The notes under the pieces were generated by a model. The model was not told the DNA's origin. It worked only from the letters and a program-made list of their open reading frames with translations, and did no database searches. Position numbers and translations under genes: made by a program. This document shows positions 47,549 through 59,528 of a DNA stretch of 64,000 nucleotides, piece by piece. Within the stretch, counting starts at the first letter, position 1. Each line of letters starts with the position of its first letter. Origin of the DNA: Gonapodya sp. JEL0774 (taxonomy: Eukaryota). The DNA lies in the NCBI GenBank assembly GCA_027604505.1, contig JADIIX010000090.1:1-64000 (forward strand), read 5' to 3'.

Positions 47549-47820
47549 TGGTGTGTGGTGTGGGTCTGTGTGTGTTTTTGTGTGTGTGTGTGTGGGGGGG
47601 GGGGGGGATTAGAAGGAGAAGAAGCGAAATAGGATTGGAATCACTTGTAACTTTATTGAAAAATCAGTCTATGTCTTCAACTCACCAGCAGTTAAGTTTC
47701 ATGTATCCGCAACCGTTTGGGGTTCTTGTACAGCTGTGGCCTGTTTCGGAGAAATGCACGGCGCGAGTGGCATGGGTGTTGCCTCGCATAAATTCGCGCA
47801 ATTCAAACGATCCACGACCC

Positions 47821-48836
47821 ATGCCCACCTATCCGTTTCTCCAGGTCGATGCCTTCACAAAGGTGCCACTAGGTGGCAATCCTTGCGCAGTTTTGCTCGA
47901 TGCAAAGGACATACCGGATCAAACAAGGCTCCGAATCGCACAAGAAAACAACTTGTCCGAAACGGCGTTCATTTGGAAATCAGGTGAGATATGGGCAACT
48001 TCAGTTTTTCACTTTTGTTTGCGTGGCACAGTGCGCTCTTCTGACACGAATGGAATGAAATCTCAGATGACCGCGATGCCGATTTCGTTGCGCGTTATTG
48101 GACACCCGCCGAAGAAATACCACTCGCCGGTCATCCCACAATCGCCTCGATATACGCATTGGTTGATACGGGGCGACTTGTTCTCACACCTCCGCTCACT
48201 GTAGTTCGTTTGTCGTTGAAAGTCGGAGTCATTAAAGTCGAAGTCAGAAGCTCTGGGCCTACCGCCAAGGACATTGTGAAGATCGTCATGTTCCAGAAGA
48301 AGCCTCAGTTTCTCTCCATTCACGATCCGTCGGAAGTCCTTCCAGCGTTTGGTTTACCACCGGCGGCGTTGCTCCCTGGTTACCCCATTCAAACGGTCAG
48401 CACCGGGACCCCCCAGCTCATGATCATCCTACGGGATCTGGAGGCTCTTCGCAGTATCAAGGTGGACAACGAGAAGTATTCTGCGTTGAGGGCGAAAGGC
48501 GATTGGTTCTCGCCCCACTTATTCGTGGCTCAGGGCCTCACGGCCGACGGAAATACATTCGCGAGGCACTTTGGCTTACCTCCCGACACAATGGAGGATC
48601 CCTTCACCGGCAGTGCGACCGGGGGGATGGCAGCTTATGTTGTGAAACATGGCATCATACAGACATCCTCACGTGGTGACAATAAAGTTGCAAGCTTTCG
48701 CGCAGAGCAAGGACACTGGATGGGAAGAGCTGGGATTGCCGATGTGGAAGTTGTGGTGGGGCCAGGCGACGATATTGAGAGTGTTTCCGTGGGAGGAACT
48801 GCGGTGACGATCATTCAAGGTCATATGACCATTTAA
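47821..48836 (+). CDS. PhzF/PhzC-family isomerase (diaminopimelate epimerase-like fold), one intron
   Basis: QVDAFT..PLGGNP, NLSETAF, RYWTPAEEIPLAGHPT, VSTGTP, EDPFTGSA and EQGHWMGR. Confidence 0.92.
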
Positions 48837-48972
48837 AATCATGTGAAGTCTTAAATATCCGTGTAAATTTTTTGTTTGGGATCGGATTGAATTCGATGTG
48901 AGGTACTATTTGGGAGCCTTGCGTGTGGATGACGTGTGTCCCGCGAACTACACACATCGATAAACTTTCAGT

Positions 48973-49459
48973 ATGCCTGTGTCAAGCTCTGCAAGGCAAG
49001 TTTCTTCGAATGCGGTTCAACCATGTTCTGTTACAGTAATGTCGTGTTGTCCTTCCGTCTCTCCCCAGCGAACCCAAAGATGCACGTGCCGAAGACGAAG
49101 AAACAAGGATTCCCGACGAGCTGTGGTCTTCGGAACAGCGTGGAAAAGGCAAAGAGGACGCGAAGTCCGATAAACAAGATGAAGCACAGGTGCCTGACGA
49201 ACCGTGGTCAACAGAACAAGTTGATCCCCCCCAAGAGGAAACACCGATTCCCGACGAGCCGCGGTCTTCGGAACAGCGTGGAATACGCAAAGAGGACCCC
49301 GCGAAGTCCGATGAGCAAGATGAAGCGCAAGTGCATGACTGGAGTATCAAAGTGAAAGATGAGGTCACCGAGGAAGACATCGAGTTGGATATTGAAGATT
49401 TGGAAGAGCTTTTGGACGAGCTCAATCATGGAGGACAGATGGGAATTTGCAAACTATGA
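48973..49459 (+). CDS. Small acidic protein with internal repeats, function unknown
   Basis: Exon 48973-48995, a GC-AG intron at 48996-49068, and exon 49069-49459 give MPVSSSASEPKDAR..IPDELWSSEQRG..VPDEPWSTEQ..IPDEPRSSEQRG..DLEELLDEL. Confidence 0.5.
49097..49339 (+). repeat. Imperfect direct repeat, two about 105-bp units (49097-49200, 49235-49339)
   Basis: GATTCCCGACGAG..GGTCTTCGGAACAGCGTGGAA..GCAAAGAGGAC..GCGAAGTCCGAT..CAAGATGAAGC occurs twice. Confidence 0.9.
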
Positions 49460-49535
49460 AACGTGGAACTGAGAGCAATTAATTTTTCTTCCTTGGTGGT
49501 GACTCAATTGATGAAATACAATGAGATCAAACATC

Positions 49536-50708
49536 CTATGGTTTGCTCCCGCGATGGGCAATCGTCGCTGTTCCCTGCGCAGTCGGCATGACGAGCATTT
49601 CTGCGATGACCACATTCTCTGGACGAGACGCAGCGTATACCACGGTGTCCGCTGCACAATTGGTGGAGTTAGAAAGAGGAGGTGTCCCCGTCCCCAAAAC
49701 AAAACTAGATTTTCACCAATGTCCTCCGGTGTGAGTGGATCCAAACCCTCGTAAACCTTGTCGGCGCGACTTTTGTCGCCTCGGAACCTTTGAAAAGTGG
49801 ATGCAAGCTGATCCATAAGTCTTGTGGTCAAACTGGGTTCGGAGGTAGAGCTCACCTGACAATTGAGAACTCAGTCTCAACAAGACCTTATGCAAGTCAA
49901 CCCTAGCGGAATTGGAATCGATTGCGTTGGTGCGTCGCCCGCGCACCTGGTTGGACCTCCGTAACTCGTACCCCGGTCCCAATCATCTCAATGCGAAGGC
50001 TCTGGGTGGCGGCGTTGACGAAATGCTTTCAATCAAGCATGGATATAAGTCGTAAAGCGATTTGAAGAAATAGAATAAAAATGAACAGAATAGAGTAGAA
50101 TAGAGAGGAATTTGGATAATTGTCGGGAAAAGAGGTTCAGCTGACCGAGGTGGAACTACCTTCGTTCCGCAATAGATGCCACCGTTTGCGTACGCTTCAC
50201 GCCCGGCAATACTGCCGATGTTGATGACATGCCCACGATTCTTAGCAAGAAATGTCGGTAATACCGCTTGAGTTACGTTGATTAGGCCAACAACGTTCGT
50301 GCGAATCATCGTTTCCACAGCTTCAGGCGCCGCGGTTGCAATCGGGTCCAGCCCAATGACGAGACCAGCGTTGTTGAGGAGGATATCTATGTCTTTGAAT
50401 TCGCTAGGAAGCTCCTTGACGGTTCGGAAGACGTCTTCTCGATTTTGTACATCCAGTGGCGCGACATGAACTCGAGATTTGGGATAGCGATCCTGTATGA
50501 GGGTAGTGATAGCTTCTAGGCGATCTTTTCGGCGCGCGCATAAAATCACGTGTGCTCCACTCTGTGCAAACTGGAGTGCGCTGGCTTGTCCGATACCAGA
50601 GCTAGCGCCGGTAATGAAGACTGTTTTCCCTTCAAGTCTGGAATAACCATGATTAGAGTATCGTCGCACCAGAGTGCCAGGAAATGGGATGGGGAGCAGT
50701 CGATGCAT
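49536..50708 (-). CDS. NADP-dependent short-chain dehydrogenase (YdfG/YMR226C-like 3-hydroxy acid dehydrogenase), spliced
   Basis: ITGASSGIG, ARRKDRL, DILLNNAGL, INIGSIAG..Y..G.IYCGTK and RFRGDK..ADKVY.G..PLTPEDI. Confidence 0.9.
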
Positions 50709-50850
50709 CCACGTTCGTTTTGAAGGTGAGTTCTGCGGTCACATGTTTTTTTGACGGGTGTGAGGGAACGGATGTTGCTCCCTAGGAACGGACTGAATAA
50801 AACCGACTTCCGGAACACTCGCACTCCACACTTCCACCGCATTCACCTAT

Positions 50851-53800
50851 ATGGCTCTCAGATTTGACGGACGCGTTGTCATCGTCACCGGCGCCGGTAA
50901 GAATCGAACTCGCGTGTGTTCTACATCATCGGAATCTCATGGCCATCATCGGAATCTTTCATCTCAATCGAATCGTAGGTGGAGGTCTCGGCAAGCAATA
51001 CGCCACTTACTTCGCATCTAAGGGCGCTAAGGTCGTTGTCAATGACTTGGGTGGCGCGATGAATGGCGCTGGTGGGGGTTCCACTCGAGCAGCTCAAGTG
51101 GTTGTTGATGAGATCACCAAGAACGGCGGAACTGCCGTTGCTAACTACGAGTGAGAGAAAGACCATTACCGCTTTGAATGCCGAATTTTTCATCATTGTG
51201 ACGGTGGTCAGCTCTGTCGAATTCGGTGAGAAGATTGTCGAGACCGCGATGAAGGCATTTGGCCGTGTCGACATTGGTGAGTCTTCCAAGAAATTTCAAG
51301 AAGATTGGAGAGCCACATCATGAGCCGGATTCCCTCATTCGTCGTCATTCCCCGCCTCAGTCATCAACAACGCCGGCAGTGAGTTACTCTCCCGGTCCTG
51401 CAGTACGTCAAATAGGAACTTACCGTACCCCAATTTCAAAGTTCTGAGGGACATCAGTTTCCAAAGGATGCAGGACACTGACTGGGACCTGGTGGGTGTA
51501 GATCTATAACGCGTGGCACACCTTGTTCTCAGCGATTCTTCACACTCTGCGGATACAGGTCAACAAGGGTGTGTAAAGTTCCTCCCTCTATCGCAACAAA
51601 TTTCTTTAAGACAGTTTCTACCTCCATGTTTCAGTTCACGTCTATGGTGCCTACAAAGTCACCAAGGCTGCTTGGAAGGTCATGCAGGATCAGAAGGTAT
51701 GAGTCATTTGCCTCCTGTTTCTTCCTGTCTATAATTTTAAAAGTACTTCTCATTTAGTTTGGCCGTATCATAAACACGGCTTCCGTTGGTGAGCGTGGTA
51801 TCATAGCAGGTGTCTACTTCAAGTTCGGTTTTGACAGACTGAAACGACTGATCAGCTGGCATTCAGGTGAGACATGGAAAATGTGAGTTCCATTATGCTG
51901 TCATTCGTGAGGTACTGTGGCTGTGTGCTTAACGACAACTGCTTCAGGCATGCTTGCAAGGCCGCCTTTCAACGAGGCACCCAATGACAATGAATATCCC
52001 AGGGTAACTTCGGCCAAGTCAACTACTCTGCCGCAAAGATGGCGGTGAGCTTGTCGTGTAAGGTGCTGGATATCGAGTCTATGTGTAACGTCTCGTTGGG
52101 ACACAGTGTCACGGTTTCACCCTCACTCTTGCTCGTGAGGTAAGACAGTGTTGTCCTCTCTGAAGTAGCACTGGTCTTACTAACTCCTTTCGTGTCTCAC
52201 CAATGAAGGGTGCCAAATACAACATCCAAGGTAAATAGAAAGGTGTTGATCCGAACCTTTGCCAGATATCTCATCACGTTTGGTATATGAAGCTTGCACG
52301 ATTGCTCCTATGGCTGGTGAGTTAGCACAGTTTGTTGCGACCGTCCGCTTGTTTATGTGTTCAATTTTGAACCGCAACTTGCTACCATGATGATCAGCGT
52401 CTCGCATGACGGAGACAATCATGAAGGATGAGGAGAGTCTCCGCCTCCTCGAGTGAGTGAATGCGCTCATGAATTTCTCACAGATTTGGAATAACATCTC
52501 AATTTCGCACAGTCCTGCTAACGTTGTCCCCCTTGTTGGCTGGCTCACCCACGAAACCTGCAAGGAGAACGGCGCGTTGTTCGAGTCCGGTGGCGGTTGG
52601 ATTGCGAGGCTTCGAAGGGAACGTTCTCAGGGTGTACAAGTGAACCCGACCGTCAGTGAGTGTACTCATTATCAGTTGGAAATGCTAGGACTATTGGTCA
52701 AACATGTTCCGCCAGACTTCACTCCAGCTGCGGTGGCCTCACTCATTGCGAAAGTCAACGACTTCACGAACCCCGAGTACCCTGCAAATATAACCGACTT
52801 CGCCGAGAAGGTCAGTGTTCTGTGACAATATCCTACCGTTTGAAAAGATCTAGATTGTTTGTATCGGTCCACTATTCCCAATAGCGCGCTCTGACTGTTG
52901 CTCTGGCGAAGCCCCCACTTCCAAAGCCCGCCAAGGAACTACGCTTCGATGGCAGGGTCGCCATTGTAACCGGAGCTGGTAAGCTCTGTGGTGACCTCAA
53001 ACAATTCTCCAGAATTCACTTATCACTACCTCTTTTCGGTTTTCTTCAGGTAACGGAGTGGGTCGGGCACGTAAGTGAAAGCACTGAATGCTTGAATTTA
53101 GTTTCGTCGTTAATATAAAATAAACTCTTTGCATCTGCAGACGCCCACTTATTTGCAAAGCTGGGCGCCAAAGTGGTGGGTAATCAGAAGATACAATCAC
53201 TCATTCATTCCAATTCTTAACTGGTTTGCCTTTTAGGTCGTGAACGATTTGGGTGAGAGTCCTTCCACAAGGACAGCAGCTCAGTGTAACCTGACAGAGA
53301 GCGTCTTTCCTGTAAAGGCGGCAGTGTTGCCGGAGTCGGCTCGTCGACCGCTGCTGCCCAGAAGGTAGTTGATGAAATCACAGCTTTTGGCGGCGTTGCC
53401 GTCGCGAACTACGATAGCGTTGTGGATGCTGGCGAGAAGATCGTCGATACCGCCATTAAGGGTGAGGATGGAAGTGGGTGTTCACCACAGGATTACATCT
53501 TTGCTAATCACTCTTTGTACTTTCCGTCTGTTTCTAGCTTTCGGACGTGTGGATATCATTGTGAACAATGCTGGGAGTGAGTTCGGAATTTATTTGTGCT
53601 GGTGCTGAATGTAAACTTTCGGCTCTGTGAAAGTTTTGAGGGACAAGTCTTTTGCTCGTAAGTAGAATTAGATTTTTGAAACGTTGTAGAACTTTGGAGC
53701 TGATTTTAGACCGACTCTTGACCTGCATTCTCTAGGGATGAGTGATGATGACGTGAGCATTGACCATGTGTTAAGTGGTCCAAAGAGCGATCTTCACATG

Positions 53801-55137
53801 TTCCTTTTAGTGGAGTTTGGTCCACGCTGTTCACATGCGCGGTATCTTCTCGGTTACGAAGGCTGCTGTAAGCTCACTTCGGCTTCACTGCTTTCCACCG
53901 TGTCATAATTGAATGCTCACTTAAACCATCACAGTGGCCCCACTTCAAAAAACAGAAGTACGGCAGGGTTGTGTGCACTTCTTCAAGTGTTGGGTGGGTT
54001 CTTTCGGTTCATGGAAATATTTTGAGCACGTCAGCCAACTGACCCAGTACGCATCTATTGGGCCGCCTCACGTTTCCTTTCGTAGAGTAAGTGGGGGCGC
54101 TTTGGTTAATTTGTGTTAAGAGGGATACTCATGATATGTACACTTTGTCACAACCAGCTCTACGGCAACTTTGGGTTCGTGAGGAGAAATTGAATTAAGG
54201 AATCTCCACAGGTGCTAACTTCATGGATCACTCTGACCCTCAGTCAAGCCAATTACAGCTCCGGTGAGTTAAAGTTCTTGACGTTAATGTGAGCGTATGT
54301 GGTTCTTAGCCTCATACTCTACGTCATAAAATCCTGCTGAATGGGTTTGCGGAATTCGCTTTTGACTAGCCAAGGCCGGAACAAGTAAGAATCATGTCGC
54401 AATCTGTCTCACTATCTATGCTCACCATTCGGTATTCGGATTCCAGTCTCATTCGCCAACTCCATTGCCATTGAGGGACAGAAGGACAACATTTTGTGCA
54501 ACACCATGTTCGTGCCTTGATGTGAAAATGAATTATCTTGAGCGATATTGTTGATGTTCTTTGTTCCCACCGTGCATAGCTGCCCAAGCGCTGGAACGCG
54601 CATGATTGCTACAATTCCTGGGCGAGACATGTCCGCGGCTGTAAGTTGTACCCAATTTTGTCAGCCAAGCTCTCCGCAGAGATGACCAACATTTGACACT
54701 GACTCTCCTACATCTGCAGAATGCGAACAAGCCAGATTACGTGTCACCCCTGGTTGCTTACCTTTGCCACGAATCAAGCAAGGAGACGAAGGGAATCTTT
54801 GAAGGTAATTTAAAATCTCAATTTGAAATAGTAGGCTTCAAGCTGCTAAATAAATTTTGATTTTCCAGTTGGTGCCGGGTGGATCGCCAAAGTCAGGTGG
54901 CAACGCACTGGAGGTGTCTACTTCCCACAGGGACAGCTCACCATAGAAAACATTGCTAAGGCCATGCCCCAAATCAGCAACTTTAACGATGGCAAAGCGT
55001 GAGTAATTCGTTTTCTTGAGGAGCAAGAGTCTACTCTCATGCTCTGAGTTCGCAGCACCAACCCCACAGCCGGACACGAGACTATGATTGCTATTCAGAC
55101 AGCGGCTACTGAATACAAGGAGAAAGCGAAGCTGTAG
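50851..55137 (+). CDS. Peroxisomal tandem (3R)-hydroxyacyl-CoA dehydrogenase, MFE-2/Fox2-like but without the hydratase domain; very intron-rich
   Basis: Two repeats of LRFDGRV.IVTGAG.G.G, VVNDLGG, NNAGILRD.SF, GNFGQ.NYS.AK and FE.G.GWIA..R..R. It ends YKEKAKL* (PTS1). Confidence 0.88.
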
Positions 55138-55269
55138 TTTCCTTGTACATAAGAGCTACAACAGATATATTGCGATTTCCTTCTCGACGAGTCCTTTTTC
55201 GGTGATGTTTGTTGCACTTCAAGGTCACAAAAGCGGTTCACCCACGGACACAGATTGGCTCCGAGGTAC

Positions 55270-57599
55270 TTACACTAATCCCTCACCTTCGAGAGACTTC
55301 ATGAAGTTCGCATATTCATCGGTTGCCTGAGCTTGTTGACTCTTTTTCACAGTAGACACAGGTGGCTTATTTGCAAGAGCACCAAGTCCAAACGCAACCA
55401 CCCCATTCCCAGATTCACGATCTCCTTCGTCAAGATCTACGTCCGGTGCTGAGTTGACCATCTTTCGGAACCCCTTGGGAATCTTGGGGCCAATATTAGT
55501 GCCCGCGGGGATACGAGCAGGTTTTGAGACTTCGGCTTGTTGAAGTTCCGCCCCCCGTTCAGATTCTAATGCAGGTTTCGGCTTGTTGGAGATTTGTTTG
55601 CGGCGAAGTGCTGCTGGGACCATTGTCGTGAGTTCAGCCCGAAGGTCACGTAGAACCGGCGCTGCCGAAATGACGGTGCCCAATGGCGGTTGTGCTGCTG
55701 GAGGTGGAGGTATAGGTGGTTGAACGATGGGTGGAAGTCCAGGTGGAGGACCAGGTGGAGGACCAGGTGGTGGCCGAGGCGGACCCGAGGACGCTATTTG
55801 CTGCACCAAGGCGGGATTGTACATTGAAGGCTGGTACATACTCGAAGCTGAATATACAGGTGGGGGGGGAGGTGGCAAGTATGGCTGCAGTGCAAACTGG
55901 TCTGGAGGAGGCTGGCTTGAGGGAAAGGCACCTCCCGGTGCGAAAGAGCTTCCTGGAGGGGCAAAGAAAGGTGGAGGAGGTCCGGGGGGTGGTCCAGGCG
56001 CGAAAGGAACAGGTGGGACTGGTTGTCCGCTATATCCAGGTGGGAGGCCAGGTGGAGGCCCTGGTGGAGGCCCTGGTGGAGGTCCAGGTGGACCAGCCAT
56101 GTACGGCATCAACGGTGGGAAAGGCCCTTGAGGCGTGAACTGCTGCGGCGGGAAGGGTGGGAGGCCTGGTGGGGGTATGGCACCTCAAAAGTGGGAAGTG
56201 TTGGATGTGAGCTCGATCGAAAAGAGCTATTGAAAGAGTGAGTTTCGTTCTCACCATTGGCAGTAAAGGGTGGTGGAAACGGCGGTTGCCATCCAGGTGG
56301 GGGGCCTGGGGGAGGAGGAGGTCTCTCATCGGCCCGAAGTCCGTTGCCCTCTTTCTGCAAACGTCTCCATTCGGAATTTTGTGGAGGAAGTGGAGGTCCC
56401 CTCCTTCCACCCGATCCGGGCGCAGGTAGTTGGCGTTCCCTTTCATCCCGTCCTTGAACCAAACTACTCCGCGGCTGAGTGGCACTTGTCGATTCTTTGA
56501 GATTCTCTTTGGGATCGGCTGTTTGCGTAGGGATCGCCAGTGACGTCTTTTCCCGAGTCTCATTGAGATACAAATCTTCGTAGAATCGTTTCTTATATGG
56601 CCCTCCTTCCGGAATCGGACCCGAAGGCAGCGGGATAAACGACAGGTTCTCGTAGGACACCTCGATCGCATCAAGCTCCAGGTCGTCCATGTCAATGTCC
56701 TCCGGGTCCACTTCCCCTTCCCCTCCGTGGTCAACAGTTTCTCCATGATTATCCACGTTTGAGTGCGCGGAGCCACCAGAGCCTTCAGAATCTTCAGAGC
56801 CGGCATTTGATTCAGAATCTGAAGATCCACCGGAGTCCTTAGACTCGTTTGACCCGCTCGAAGACTCAGAATCAGAAGCGGAACTCTCCCGTTTTCGCTT
56901 CTTAGCACCAGGAATTCCCTCCTTTTCCTCACGCGCCTTCTCTTTCTTCCGGTCTCGTTCCTTTTCCTTTGCTGACTTCAAAAGTTTTTTCTTCGTCAAG
57001 GTCTCGCCATCGAGAGTCTTTCCAACGTCGAGCTCAAACAGAACTTTGGGTTTATCCTTGTCCGACGACTTCTTCTCTTTGTCTTTATCCAAACCAAGCT
57101 TTGAGCGGGCTTCCTTTGCCTTGACCAAACGCTCCTCAAGTTCACGTTTGCGGGCAATGCCTGTGGCATCGAGTAGGCCCTGTCTTTCTGGTATTTACAA
57201 TAGCGTGAGATGGGATTGGGCAATGAATTTGGATGAACAACCACAGAAAAATCTTAAGTTCACCCTGCTCAAGTCATTCCTCGCGTACCTTGCGACCGGA
57301 GGTGCGAAAGCTCCCTCTCTGCCTTCGAGTAATCTTTTGTGGCAGTCGCGACAAGCCGCACTTGGTTCCTCTCCTCCTTGTTCTTCTTGAGTTCCTTCTT
57401 ACGTTGAGCCTTCCGCAGCGCCTTTCCAGCATAAAATGCAATGCATGGTGAGGTTCGGTGGATATGAGGGATAGTCCACCAAGAGTTAGGTAGAACGGGG
57501 AGATGACAATGGGAATCACAGAGTCCAAGTGCATCTCCTCATCGTCTGAGATAAACTCACATCCGCTGGATTCAGCACTCGTGATTTCCCCTTGACCAT
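55270..57599 (-). CDS. WBP11: WW domain-binding protein 11-like splicing factor, spliced
   Basis: N-terminal LNPAD..RKAQRKKELKKNKEER, PPGPPPG repeats, ISAAPVLRDL..E.T.MVPAALR and C-terminal DEYANFMKSL. Confidence 0.88.
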
Positions 57600-57724
57600 C
57601 GAACCAATTGTTTCAAGACCTTCTGTTACAGCGGGTCTACTGGCCAAAGCCAGAATGTGATACTGTAACTGACAACGGTCACGCCAGGCTCTTTTACAAA
57701 CACCACTTTCTATTTTTTTTTCTA

Positions 57725-59427
57725 TTATTGACGAACACCAAGCTTGTTAGACCAAACCTTGAAAGCGGACCCCACTGAATCTTCCCACAGTTCGCTCCAA
57801 TACATATCCTCGTACGGTCTTTCGAACTTTGCTGCCATTGGCGGGTGCATCCAAAAATTAATCGCCATATGTAGTCCAGGTGCCGTGCTATCTGTCTCAT
57901 TATCACCATAAGAGGTGACTTCGTGCAGCCAACCCGCGGGCAGATAGAGCATCTCTCCAGCTCTCAGATCGCAGTCCACACGTGTTGCGGCACGAGCCAA
58001 GGGGAATTGATCCAAGGCATGAGGGTCAGCGCTATTCAGAGTGTTGGCTGGAATCTTCGAGAAAGATGGCGGCAGAGGTTTCGGCACATGCACATCGGGA
58101 GCACCAGATGCCACCATCCCAATTGGACGCTTGGACGCGCCATTGTTCCTGTTTGTGTTCGCGTCGCCGTCTTTCCCCTCCAGAGCGTCAAAGTCATCTT
58201 GAAAGTCAAAATCCTCGTCCACGTCGTCTCCAAAGTCCCCGGAATCTTCCTCATCACCATCCTCACCGTCCTCATCGTCATCCGCGGCCAGACCTGTGCC
58301 AATCTCTTTCCCATTCCCGGATCCACCAACCTGGATCTCCAGGAGCGCGTCCATAGCGGACTCTAGTTCCTCCTCTGCATGTTCAAGCTCCGCTCTCAAA
58401 TTCTCCTTATCGGTCTTCTTCCGCGTTTTTGACAACTTTGACTCGATCTCCGCGACTCTTGTTTCGCATTTATGGACTTTAAACTTCGCAACATCGATGT
58501 GCCGCGCACCGTCGCCGCGGACGGTAAGACGCTTGCCCGTCTTGTAGGTGATAAGTCCATTTGAAAACACATGCGGGTTTAATCCCGCAAGGTAGAGGTT
58601 AAGGGCGTCGCAAGGCGCAAACAAAGAAAAATGTTTTTGACCAAGGACAAGGGCATACAGATTGTCCGCAAAGTCATGATGGAGTCCTGACGAGAAAGGC
58701 AATGATTGAGTGTGTCGTCCATGAATGTAACGAAAATCAGTGTGAATCTATTCTAACCTGATGAGCTCCCTTCACGGTCCGTTCGACCAAGCCACATATT
58801 AATTTGCTGTGGTGCAAGCTCGCCAAGAAGTGCAGGCCGGGCGTCCAAGAGTCTCAGCAGGTGTGTAAGCGGTGGTTGACACCACGTGGAGACAGCATGT
58901 AGGGTTTCCCGGTCCTCAGCAGAAAGAACAGTACAATCAGCATCCAAGAAAGTTTCATCTTCCTCGCCGTATTGAGTGGTCATGTAAATGTTCTTATCTC
59001 CATTCATTAGCTTCTGCACGAGATCCCTGAACGTCATCCGAAGTCGCTTCTTGCCACTGCCAAAAGATCCATCCACCTTTGTCTCTACTTGAACGATGCA
59101 ATCGCCTGGAGTGATCGACCGTATGGGCGGATCACGGCTAGCATTGGTAATGTCCCCAATCTTCTTTGTCTGCACTTTCCGGGAGGTAGGCTGGCCACTT
59201 TCCACGCTATCCGAGAGATCTGATGTTGCAATATCAACTTTGAGTGCAGCAAGAGCAGTGGGATCTTTCCATTCAGGTCCAAAGCAAGGGAGAAGTCCAA
59301 CAATCACCACGGGTGTTCGAGTGGCGACGAACTGTGAGAAGAACCTCTCAGGGGTCAGATCTTCCAGATTGACACGCAGAATGTTCCAATTGGGCGCGGG
59401 AACGAAGCCTGTGTACTCGCTTGACAT
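57725..59427 (-). CDS. JmjC/cupin_8 2-oxoglutarate-Fe(II) oxygenase, one intron
   Basis: FFSQFVATRTPVVI, PQQINMWLG..GSSSG|LHHDFADNLY and LRAGEMLYLPAGWLHEV (HxD...H triad). Confidence 0.9.
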
Positions 59428-59528
59428 TCCAGTGCAGAAGGAGAGAAGGAGGAATTGAGAGAGAAAAATCTCCTAAACAACTACTTTGTTTCACTCTGCA
59501 ACTTTTGTTGCATAAATGGTGATCGGAA

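Noticed and set aside
49097..49339. CRISPR-like or regulatory repeat array
   Set aside because: Only two long degenerate units that preserve a reading frame; eukaryotic context with no cas genes.
48973..49459. Acyl carrier protein for the KS
   Set aside because: It is acidic and small but has no (D/G)xDSL phosphopantetheine motif and looks disordered.
57725..59427. JmjC oxygenase as a tailoring enzyme of the KS cluster
   Set aside because: It is separated from the cluster by the housekeeping WBP11 gene and resembles conserved protein-hydroxylase-type JmjC proteins.
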